IMG/VR virus record: IMGVR_UViG_3300037518_000322
Location: 52,663-116,662 of that record
Length of the DNA stretch: 64,000 nucleotides
Origin: a virus
Reading direction: 5' to 3' (one strand)
A program made the translations under genes and the position numbers. A model generated the notes under the pieces. It saw only the letters and a program-made list of their open reading frames with translations, made no database searches and had not been told where the DNA came from. This document shows, piece by piece, positions 50,390 through 61,145 of the stretch (positions within the stretch are counted from its first letter, which is position 1; each line of letters opens with the position of its first letter).

Positions 50390-53300
50390 GTGGTCTCCAT
50401 CTCGTTCACGTACAGGCGCGGCGGCAGGTCGGCGTCCTTGAACGCGCTCCGGTGCTCCTGTGCGGCCAGGGAGTTGTACTCGTTGACCTTCTCGGCGCGG
50501 GTGCCCGCGAGGCCGGACAGGCTGGTACGGATGCGGGCCTCACGGCTGTCGTCCACGCCGCCCGCGAGCTCGTCTTCCAGGGCGTTGATGCGCGTCTCCA
50601 TCGTCTGGACGGCGGCGCACAGGCCGAAGAAATCCTCGTATGCCGACTGACGGAACGCGCCGTCGCCCTCGGTGCGCTCGATCTTCTCTGTCTCGCCACG
50701 GAAGGGCGCGGTGAGGCGCTGCATCCCTCCGGAGATGTAGATGATGGCGAGCACTGCGAGCAGGAACGCGATGATGGTGGCGATGATCGTCATTACCGGT
50801 CGTGTCTTCTTTTGTTTGCTGGTCACGTGGCTTGTGTGCCTTCCTTGTCATTGTTCTGGGTGGAGCTTAGAGGGTTACTTGATGGTCAGCTCAGACGTTG
50901 GTCCGCAGGAACGCAGGCAACCACGCCCGCTTGGGTTTGCGGGGCTGGGTGGCCTTCTTGTGGGCGTATGCGGTGAAGCCCATCATGGCGAGACCGGCGG
51001 GGATGCCGATCCATCCCCCAGCGGAGACGGGAGTTTCGGCGGAAATGGCTGCCGCTCCCTCGTAGTCGGCGAACATGCGGGTGCAGATGATGCCGACCAG
51101 CAGGACCCACATCGCGTCCAGGGTGACCGCGAGGCGGGCCCATCCCTTGCGTACTTCCAGCATCCGCCAGCCGGTGCCCTCGTACTTGGCGTCTTCCATC
51201 TCCAGGTCGATCGGTGTCGGCGAGGAACGGATGTCCTCCACGACGTCCCTGACGGTCGTCGGGGTGCTGCGCGGCCGGGGGCGGAAGTGAATCAGCTTGG
51301 TGAGGAGCACACCCGCCATCGCACAGGCGACGAAGAACAGTAGCCAGAGCCAGTTGTGCCACATGTCGAATGCGATGATGGCCAGGCCGAATGGGAGCAC
51401 TGCCGTGTGCAGTGGTTTGCACCAGCGGTGCGGGCAGGTTCGAGTAGGGGTATGTGGTTTCTTGGTCAAGATCCGCTCTCCGTATCGTTGTCATGTTCCT
51501 GCTTAAGGTCTCGCCGGACGCTGATGGCTGTCGCACCTGCTGCCCCCACGGTGAGGCCGAGGCAGAGCAAGATGCCACCCCAGGCGAACCTCTCGTACCC
51601 CACTTGCGCCTCGATGAAGGCGAGGAGCGTGATCGTGGCGATGATGGACGCCAGGACGCCCGAGGCACACAGGAGATCACGATTCAACACGGTCAGGTCC
51701 CCGTCGGCAGGGCCGAGACGGGGACGGCGAAGCTGCGCAGGAGAGGGTTCTGACGCAGGTGGAGGGCGACGCGTCGTCCCTCGTCGGTCAGATGGGCGCC
51801 GTAGTCCGGCTTGTTGATCAGGCCGGAGCTGTACAGCGAGAGGAATGTGGCCCTCCGGGTGTTCTTGACGGACCACACGGTGTGTTCGGTGTTGCCCGGG
51901 GCGGTTGCGGCGATGAGCAGGGTCGCCTGGTGGTTGCTGATGTAGATCTCGGTGAGTTCGGTCATCGGGACTCCTTGGTTTCACCTGGAACATGGCTGGT
52001 GAGTCAGAACTGTAAGGGCAAGGTCTGACACCGGGCTCCCCATGTGCCGGGCTTCCAGTGCCCAGCCTTCATCGTCGAGTCGGATGCGTGTCTCGTAGGA
52101 CCCTGCGGGTGCGTAGGCGGTGAAGCCGCAGAAGGTGGCGCGCAGGATGTGGCCGCTTGTGCTCTTCGCCCCACTCCGTGACCGGTACACACCGACGAGC
52201 CCCCAGACGTGGGGCTGCGCGGACAGACGCCTGGCGGCGTCGGCGTGGCTGACCGGCTTCGACCCGCGAGGTCTCCTTGCCATCAGGCCAGATCCTTGGT
52301 GGACAGGCGTTCGCCGTTGTACTTCTTGCCGCCGGTGACGTCGCCCTCGGGGTGGACGTAGTAGAAGCCGTCAAAGAACTTACCGCCCGGCAGATCCAGC
52401 CCGTCGGCCAGGAACTGATCCGGGTAGACGATGCCCCACCAGTTGTCCTTGGTACGTACCTTCAGGCCCGGGGTGATGGGTACGCCGTCGTCGGTGTAGT
52501 GGGCTTGAAGGATGCGGAAGCGATAGCCGGAGTAGACGTCCGTCCACGTGATTCCGATGGCCCTTGCCAGGTGGGCGGTCAGCTTCAGGGCGGTGGACTT
52601 CGGCACGCGTGCGCAGTCGTGCAGCACCTGTGCGGCGACGCGAGCGGCACGTGCGGGGGTGGCGAAGGCCATGCTGTGTGCCGTGACGGTGCCGGGTTTC
52701 TCGCCGGTACCAGGGAGCTGACGGATGAGCAGATACGTGGTCACGTCGGACCTTCCTTGTCGGGTGGTTCTCTTGGTCAGTTGGTGCGCGCGTTGCGGCG
52801 GATGATGGCCTGGTGGACGGCCAGGGCCGCGAACCAGGCGGCGAGAGTGAATACGGCGATTGCTGTCCCCAGCCCCCGTCCAGCGGCGAGCTGGGCCAGG
52901 AGGGTGACCGCTGAGGTGGCGATGCCCGTGAAGATCAGCAACTGGTTCGGGAGCTTGCCCAGGATCCTCAGCGCCAACGCCAGCATCATCGTGGTGGTGC
53001 AGGTGATGACGATGATCGAGGTGACGGCATCCATGTGCTGTCCTTTCGTCGGGGTTGTCCGGTATGGGAGCGGCCGGGGCGTGGGCCCCGGCCGCTGATG
53101 TTTCACGTGGAACATAGCGTCAGTAGAACTCTGGGAACCGGCGGCGGACCAGCTCTTCAGCCCACTCCGTGAGTTCTTCAACCCAGTCGTCATCGACGTC
53201 GTCCTGCCACCAGTTCGAGGCGTCGGCGTTATTCGCCATCTGGGCTCTGATGCCCTTGAGGATGGCCGAGCAGGAGAGGTCGGGCAGGGGGCCGTCGTCT

Positions 53301-56300
53301 TCGGTGTCGTGCTCGCGGTGCACGAGGCACAGGATGTTAACGAAGTCGGAGCCACCGACCCGGTGCGTGACACGGAAATCGGTGCGCTTCAGCCCGTCCT
53401 TCGACATGGTGACCTTCACTGGCCCCGCTCCCTGAGAATCTCCTGGCCGTGCGCGATGAGCTTTTCCAGGTCGGCGTACGTCATACGGACACCGACCTCG
53501 ACGGTGACGGACGGGGTGTACATCCCCTTCTCCTTGGCGCTCACGACGAAGGAGACCGAGTCGCCCACGTCGTCAATGCGGAGCTGGGTGTACAACTGGT
53601 CGTCCTCTTCGGTCCAGTAGTGGCGCATCGGACCACCGGCGGACTTCGCGTACGAGTGGGTGTCTTTCACAGGCATGGTGCCTCCTCATGTTTCACGTGG
53701 AACATCTCAGGTCTTGGGGAGCAGGGCGAGGCACCAGGAGGCGACCGGCTCGACCCACACACCCTCGGGCCAGACAACCGTGTCGTCCTGGCTGATCCGG
53801 ATCGCCCACTCCTCCATCCCGCCTTCGAGGGAGATGTTGAAGAACTCTCCCTCGTGGCCGGGGCCGTAGAGCGCGGCGCTGTCGTCGCCGGTGTACTTGC
53901 GGACGATGGCGAGGCAGGCACCGGCCTGCGCCTCGGTGATGTACCGGCGGCGCACACAGCGGGCGGGGACGATGGCGATATCCTTCTTGCCCTCCCAAAC
54001 GAAGACGACGACGGACAGGGGACCCCTGTCGTCCACGGCCTTGACGGTCGTGTACAGCTCGCCGTCGAAGTCGTCGTAGCCGGGGGCGCCGGTGACGTGC
54101 ACCTCGGTGCGGGTCTCGTTACTCATGGTGGTTCCTCTCCTATGTTTCACGTGGAACATCGTCAGTGCTGACAGGCGGAATGACCATCGGACCCGCACCG
54201 CTGGCACGGGGCCTGATGCTGGGGGCGGTTCTCGGGGGCGTCCTTGTAGGTCTGGGTGCAGTTCGGGCAGTACTCCATAGCTCTTCCTCAGTCCTTGGGC
54301 GGGGTGATCCACTTGATCCGGGCGATCCCGGCCCGGATCATGCGCAGGGCCAGGCTCCGGGCGCGGCCCTGTGGGTGGCGGGCGAACCCGGCGCAGATGG
54401 CAGGCTCCGCAGTGCCAAGCGTCTTGTGGCAAGTGATGTGGCCCTCGCCTGCGACGGCGTCACGCACCATGCCCGCCACCCGCCCCGGCTCCAGGTTCAT
54501 TAGGTTGCCGGGGCGGAACACGCAGGTGGCGCAGAGGTCTTCGCAGACACGGACCTCACCGGTGAGGGGGTTGCCGATGTGTGCGCCGGTTCCCCACTCG
54601 TCGTCGGTCAAGGGATCAACCCGTTGGCCCGGCGGTACGCCATCTCCCGCTGGTAGTCCTTCTCGCGCTCCGTCTGCGTCGGTGGCTTGCGGCCCGGCTT
54701 GTTGAAGACCCAGACGCCGGGGAGGCCATCCCCGGCGATCCAGATCTCGGAGGGCCTCTTGATCTTCTTCTCCAGCTCACCCCACCCGTAGTTGCTGAGC
54801 CAGCTCAGATCCATCCGGCTGTACTCCTCGTCGAGCCGGTCCTGTAGTGGGTCGGCCATGTCCTTGTAGAAGATGGCGAAGTGGTCGGCCATCTCCCCGA
54901 CCTGAAGCGGAGTCAGCATGTAGCCGCCGTGGAATTCGGAGGCCGCTGCGAGGACGGCGTTCACCGCGTCCTCGCAGTCGATGGGTCCCTCCCAGTCCTT
55001 GGCCTTGTCGTAGGCGTACTTCAGGGCCTGGGCTGCGGGCAGCTTGGTGTGGTCATCGGGGTCTGCCGTGTAAACAGCCTCGCTGACGTCCTCGTCTTCC
55101 CACGGGGACCCCTTCAGCCTCTCGAAGAGGGGGACCCAGACGGCGTGCATGTCGTAGGGGGTGGTGTTGTCGGTGGTCATGTCGGGACCTTCCTTGTCCA
55201 GTGTGGATGTTTCACGTGGAACATTCAGGCCAGGAGGGCGGTGCGGATGCGGGCCCAGCCATCCATGTCGATGTCGCAGATGTCGCGTCGTGTGACGGAC
55301 GACCGGAAGATGCGTGCCTTATCGGGGTCGCCACAGTTCTGCATGACCTTGAGCAGATCCGGGATGGGCCTGCCGTTGGCGGGGTTGTACTCGGGGCTGT
55401 ACAGCATGTTGAGTACTTCGGCGGCCAGGTAGACGTCCATGGATTGGCCTGTACGCTCGTCCGGCGCGGCGAGGAGACGCATCTGCTCCAGCAGCGGCGG
55501 GTCACTGCCCAGCCACATGCAGATCAGCGCCTCATAGTGGGTGAGGCCGGTGGGGAGGGGCAGGGCGATGGGCCTGATGGTCATGGTGTCCTTTCGATGT
55601 TTCACGTGAAACATCACTCCATGGTCATGGCGTCGATCCACTCACCGGCGGGCATTCCGCTGATGGTGGGGTAGCCGGTCTCGACTTCGTCGATGTCGCT
55701 GGGCTGGACGTCGACGCCCCTGTCCTTGGCCATGAAGATCAGGGCCTTGCGGATCAGGTGCTCCTCAATGGCGGACCGGAACGACGCCTCCGTTGTGGTC
55801 AGGCGGGGATATGCCTCCCGGCCACCAGTGCCGTACAGCCTGCCTTTGTACCCACGCTCGGTCTCCTCGATCTCGCCGATCGCCTCGCCGTCGGCGAGGA
55901 AGAACCACGCGTTGTGCAGGGGGCCCGTGCGCGGGCCGACGACATGACGGTTGTCGGATGTGGTGAAGTGCTCCATGCTTCCTCCTCGTAAGTCCAGAGG
56001 GCCCGCCGTGCGAGACGGCGGGCCGTGCTGGCGCCACGATGTTTCACGTGGAACATCAGCCCAGTGGCGAAGCTGGCGTCACGGCTGGGTGTGCTGCCGT
56101 GCCTGGTTGATGGCGAAGCGGATCAGTGCCCGGCCATGCTTGACGGCGTCGTCCAGTGAACGGGCTTCGGCTCCGTCGTCGAAGTACCAGCGGCGGGCGG
56201 CCAGATCCTCGTTGATGATGAGCGCCCGGCCGTCGGTCAGCTCCGCGTACGCCCACTCAAGGGTTTCCAACGTCACCCGTCCTTCCTTCTCGTCCCGTGC

Positions 56301-56357
56301 GCTCATGGGTGCTGCCTTCCTTCGTGCGGATGTTTCACGTGGAACATTGCTGGCCTC

Positions 56358-56621
56358 TCACTCCTGCACCAGCACCTCAAGGTCGTCGAACAGTTCCAGG
56401 ACGACCACAAGGGTCAGGTTGTCGATGACGATGTACTCGACCAGGATCCGGCTGGTCGCCTGGATCTTGCGCAGCGTGCCCTCGGCGTTCATCCCCACCG
56501 ACAACGCGTGGTAGGGATCCTCCTGGATGATGGCGATGCCCTTGCGGAGCCGCTCCTGCCGCTCCGGTGAGAGCGCTTGGACCTGCCGTTCAGCTTCGAC
56601 CGTGTACTGGATCTTCCTCAC
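56358..56621 (-). CDS. RelE/ParE-like small protein
   Basis: 'KIQYTVEAERQVQALS...I..IQEDP...RILVEY.V.D..LVVVL' fold pattern. Confidence 0.5.
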   Translation of the reverse strand: MRKIQYTVEAERQVQALSPERQERLRKGIAIIQEDPYHALSVGMNAEGTLRKIQATSRILVEYIVIDNLTLVVVLELFDDLEVLVQE

Positions 56622-57174
56622 GATGTGCTCCCTTCGATGTTTCACGTGGAACATTCAGGCGCTGCGGTCGGTGTCGTACAGGTAGTCCTCGTGTCCCTGG
56701 TGACCGAGGAACGCGAGGAGCCGTTCGTTGATCCCCAGCCACTGGTCATACATCGACTCGGGGTACGTCTTGTCACGCTCGTCCCACTCCTGGGTGTGCG
56801 GCTCGGCGATCATGTATTCCGACTGCCACTCCCGCCAGTTCGCCACCTGGTCGATGAGGACGCAGACGCTGGTGACCAGGTCCAGCACATCGAACGCGGT
56901 CGGCTCATCGTTGGACTCGTACGGATCGGGCAGGCTGAAGGTGCGCAGGTCCGGGCGGTGCAGGGCGACGGACCACCGGTAGCGCCTGCCGTCGTCGGAC
57001 ATGCCGCCCAGCATGCTCGTCTGGATGGTGATCTGTTCGTGCTTGATGCGCTGGCTCAGCAGCATGATGGTCTCCTCGGTCGATGTTTCACGTGGAACAT
57101 TGCGTCGTCGGTTCAAGGGGGTACGCCCCTGCCCAAGGCCGGGGGGCAGGGACGTGCCCGGCTTCAGCCGACGC

Positions 57175-57528
57175 TCAGTGCTGGCCGTCGGTGGGCTTGG
57201 TGCGTTCCGTCTTGGGGGCCTTCTTGATGGCGCTGCCCTTAGTGGGGAGCTTCTTACGCCCCGTCACCAGGTCTTGGAACGATGCGCCGGGGCGGAAGCG
57301 GACCTTGCGGGTCGCCTTGACGTGCACGCGCTCTCCGGTCTGCGGATTGCGGGCGTAACGGGCCGGAGCGTGAGCCTGGCGGAACGACCCGAAGCCGGTG
57401 ACCGAGACCCTCTCGCCGCCTGCGACAGCGCGGATGACGGCGTCGAGGACGGCGTCGACGGCTTCGGCAGCGGCCTGCCGGGAACCGAGCCTGAGGGCGA
57501 CCGCGTCAGTAAGTTGCTGCTTGTTCAT
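57175..57528 (-). CDS. HU family nucleoid protein, HupS-like
   Basis: 'MNK.QL...VSVTGFGSF....PARYARNPQTGERV.VK...RFRPG..F.DLV.G.KKLP'. Confidence 0.9.
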   Translation of the reverse strand: MNKQQLTDAVALRLGSRQAAAEAVDAVLDAVIRAVAGGERVSVTGFGSFRQAHAPARYARNPQTGERVHVKATRKVRFRPGASFQDLVTGRKKLPTKGSAIKKAPKTERTKPTDGQH

Positions 57529-60500
57529 GGGTTCCTCTCGATGGCGTGGCTCATCGGGTGAGCCTTCCTTGTCGATGTTTCACGTGGAACATTGCATTGC
57601 GGAGATCTCAGGCTTCCGTGATCTCCAGGAAGAACAGCTCGCCGCTGTCCTCGTGCTCGACCCCGATGACCGCCTTAGTCCCTGCGGCGTCGATGCTGGA
57701 CGCATTCAGGGAGCTGGTGTTGCGGTTGATGGTGAGGAGCAGCAGGTCGCGAAGCTCGTCTGTGGTCATGTCAGTCCTTCGGTTGGTGTGGATGTTTCAC
57801 GTGGAACATTCACCACTTGGTGACGGGTGTCTTGCCGTCGAAGCTGTAGCGGGACCAGTCGGGCTCAGGGGTGATGCTGATGGGGCGGGTGTTCTCGTAC
57901 CTGCGGGCACTGCTCCACGCGCGGACGGCGTCCAGCTCGCGTTCGTAGGTGCGCTCCTGGCGGTGCCAGGTGCCGCCGGGCTTGTTGTACTCGTCGGCTG
58001 GGGCCCACTCGCTGACGATGATAAAAGGTCCGATGGTCACCGTCTCTCCTCTCGATGTTTCACGTGGAACAATCACACGTGCTTGTGTTTCACGGTCACG
58101 TGCGTCGCGCTTCTGCCCGACCCATTCGGCGGACTCGTCACTGGCCCAGACGCAAACGTTGTGGATGTCGCGGATCTCCAGCGTGACGTCGCTATACATC
58201 AGGTGCAGCCGGTCGACGAGGACATTCGCGGCAGCGCGGGAGATACCGTCGACCAGGCGGACATCGGTCAGACCGGCGTTCCTCTCCATCCAGTCAGGGT
58301 CCGGGTTGTGGGTCCACACGGACACGGAGGTCTCGAAGTCGCACATGATCAGTTCTCCTTGGTCTCGGTGAATGGCTGGGTGTACTGGCCTTCGTGGGAC
58401 TCGTTGCCGTCGCTCCATCGGACGTGCATGGGGGTCGGGCAGTGGGCGGGGAGACCGAGACAGCCGCACTCACGGCCGTTGATCTGTGGCTGGTAGGTGT
58501 GGCGCTTGCACAAGCAGACCACGACACGCCCGTAATACGGGCCGTAATCGGGGTCGTCGTACCAGACCCGTGTGCCAGGCGGGTACAGGGTGATGGTCAT
58601 GGCGTGTCCTCGGGCTCACGGGCGACGCCGCCGGACCTGGCGACGGGGATGACCTGCCGCCAGGCGTCCATCTCGACGTGCGGCCCGCCACCGGCCATGT
58701 GGTCGAGGATCTCGGCGATCGTGACCAGGACGGCGGTCTGTGCGTTGATGGCGTGCGCAACCGCTTCAGTGGCCAGCGCGTTGCCCGTGACCGGGTCGGC
58801 CCCGTCGCCGTAGGTGTAGTGGTTCGCCCGGCCTGCGAGGTACTGCGAATCGCGGTAGTCCTGGGGTCCTGTGGACATGGTCAGTTCTCCTCGGGTTCGT
58901 GGCGGTCGGTGTCCGGGTTGGCTCCGCAGGATGCCTCACCGGTGGCTGTGCTGACTGGTGGGTCGTTGTCGTCCAGCTCATCCGAGCAGTGACGGCAGCG
59001 ACGTTGCTCGGGCATGTCGTAGTAGTAGTGGAACCACTCGCCATCGGACTCGAACCAGCGCCCGAAGTAGGCCGTCCCGTCGGGTTCGATCTTGACGCCG
59101 AACACGGGCCGGTCGTTGCGTGTGAAAGTGAGGAAGCGTCCTCCGTCGCCGTCGGCGGTGTCGCTGACGCTCAGCCCGGCGGGCAACGGATCGATACGGA
59201 TGGGCTTGTCACTGTCGGTCACGGGCGGAACTCCTTGGTGGGGTGGGCGGTGTTGGCGGGCAGGCACTGCGGGGTGGTGCGGTGCCACGTGTAGCAGCCA
59301 TCGCACAGGGTGTCATCCATCCCTGCGAACATCGCATCCTCAGGCTTGACCAAACGGGAACAGCACGGGCAGACGTTCGGCGGGGTGTCGGCGTCATCGA
59401 TGCGGAAGGTCAAGCCGGTGCCGGTGTGCGTGACCTCCGTGCCGAGCCGTTCCGATTCCTCCAGGAGACCCAGCGCGAAGAGGGCCGCATCGGTACGGGG
59501 GACGCCTTCCAGCGTCAGTTGGGCGACGGCGAAGAGGGCCACAAGTTCCCGATCAGAGCGGGGCACGGATACCAGGGCCTTGCCGTAGGCGGCGCCGCCC
59601 TCGGGCGGTTGGATGATGGACAGGACGTAGCTCATGGTCATGCTCCTTGTCTGTGGTCCGTACTCCGAGGGGAGCCCACCCCCTTTCGGGGATGGGCTCG
59701 GGTCACGGGGTGCGGCTATGTTTCACGTGGAACATCGGTGAAGCCGTAGGTGTGCGTCTCGCTGATGATGGTGGCGGTAGCGGTCCGCCTGATGACGCGG
59801 ACCGCATGGACACCGCCCAAAGGCGCTCCCCTGGACACAGCTCGTGTGCCGAGGACCAGTTCGGCGGCCACGTCATGGGCGTGGCCCTCGTCGTCTGTCT
59901 CCCCCGGGCGGTGGCTGATCGGATCGTAGAAGGGGTCAGTACCCGCCCACACACCACCTTCCGTCAGGTACTCGATGACGTAGACGGTCTCCGTCTCGCT
60001 GTACCCGAAGCGGGCGTTGTTCCACTCCTGGCGGCTGCGGTCCCACTCCTCGCGCTCCGCCTCCCGCATCTGGTTCATTTGCTTCAGTTCTTCTTTGGTC
60101 CAGCCGCTCATCGGCTGCCCTCCCTCATGTTTCACGTTCCACCATCACGGCTGCTTGGTTTCACAGGGCGGGGTGGTCATCCCCACCGGCGCCGCTTCTC
60201 ACTGTCGCGGTGCCCAGCGTCGGCGTGGGCGGGGTCGTAGGGGGCGAGGTCGCACACGTACACGACCTCGATGGACCCCGCCTCCTTGACGTCGCCGCAG
60301 ATGCGGGCCTTGCACCGGCCGATGTGATCGTCCAGGAGACGGCACGGCTTGTTGTCCTCCCACCGGACGGGCCTGTGGCAGAACGGTATCCATGCAGAAG
60401 GCGTCTTCATCCGCCGTCTCCGCTGATCTCGTCGATCTTGCTCACGGCGAGGGCAATCATGCTGTCCCGACGGCCGGTCAGGTACGCCTCGATGTGTGTC

Positions 60501-60857
60501 AGGGTGACCATGTTGGGGGTGCTGACCTGCGCCATGTATCCCAGGACAGCGGCGATGCGGTCCTCAAGGACGGCCAGTTGCGGGGTGTGGGTGCGCTTGA
60601 TGTGGGCGATCAGGTCGGCGGCCATCTGCTCTTCGGTCGTAGGCATGGTCAGTCCTCCAGCAGGGATGCGAGCTGCGCCGTGGTGGGGTAGCCGTCGAAC
60701 GACTCCTCCTCGGTGAGGCAGCGCCCGGTGGCGGTGTCGTAGACGTCGTAGCTCAGGCCGGTGCTGTCACGCCAGGCCGATCGGACGATGTCCACGCGCC
60801 GGGCGTTCACGGTCACCGTGCCGACGTGCTTTTCCGATGTGACGCGGTCGGACATGA

Positions 60858-61145
60858 TCAGTTCTCCTTGTTCGGGGTGTCGGTGCCGTCCTGCGCGAGC
60901 ATGCGGAGCTGTGCGCGTCCGGCTTCGGTGATGCTGTACATGAGCCTGCGGCGGCCACGTACGCCGGACGGGTGGGGTTCTTTGGTGAGAGCCACCCAGC
61001 CGCACCGCACAGGGCTCCGCAGTGCGTCGGCGACCGTCGTGTACGGGACGCCGGTCCGCTCGGCAAGATCACGCCGCCAGACGGGGGCGCCGCTGTCGGC
61101 GAGCGCCTCCATCAGGATCCAGCGGGCGGGGAGGTGTATCTTCAC
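60858..61145 (-). CDS. Winged-helix DNA-binding protein
   Basis: 'DLAERTGVPYTTV...RRRLMYSITEAG'. Confidence 0.6.
   Translation of the reverse strand: MKIHLPARWILMEALADSGAPVWRRDLAERTGVPYTTVADALRSPVRCGWVALTKEPHPSGVRGRRRLMYSITEAGRAQLRMLAQDGTDTPNKEN

Larger units (their letters stand above)
53099..59734. repeat. parS cluster 2: 13 copies (one perfect palindrome TGTTTCACGTGAAACA at 55598)
   Basis: Starts at 53099, 53689, 54143, 55208, 55598, 56040, 56331, 56638, 57084, 57576, 57793, 58056, 59719. Confidence 0.9.

Noticed and set aside
39037-59647. ORFs starting MFHVEH/MFHVKH or containing DVSRGT/CFTWN as a repeated protein domain
   Set aside because: These are translations of the parS DNA repeat in different frames
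39038-59734. 16-19 bp repeats as a CRISPR array
   Set aside because: Spacing is 170 bp to several kb, contains whole genes, and the repeat matches parS
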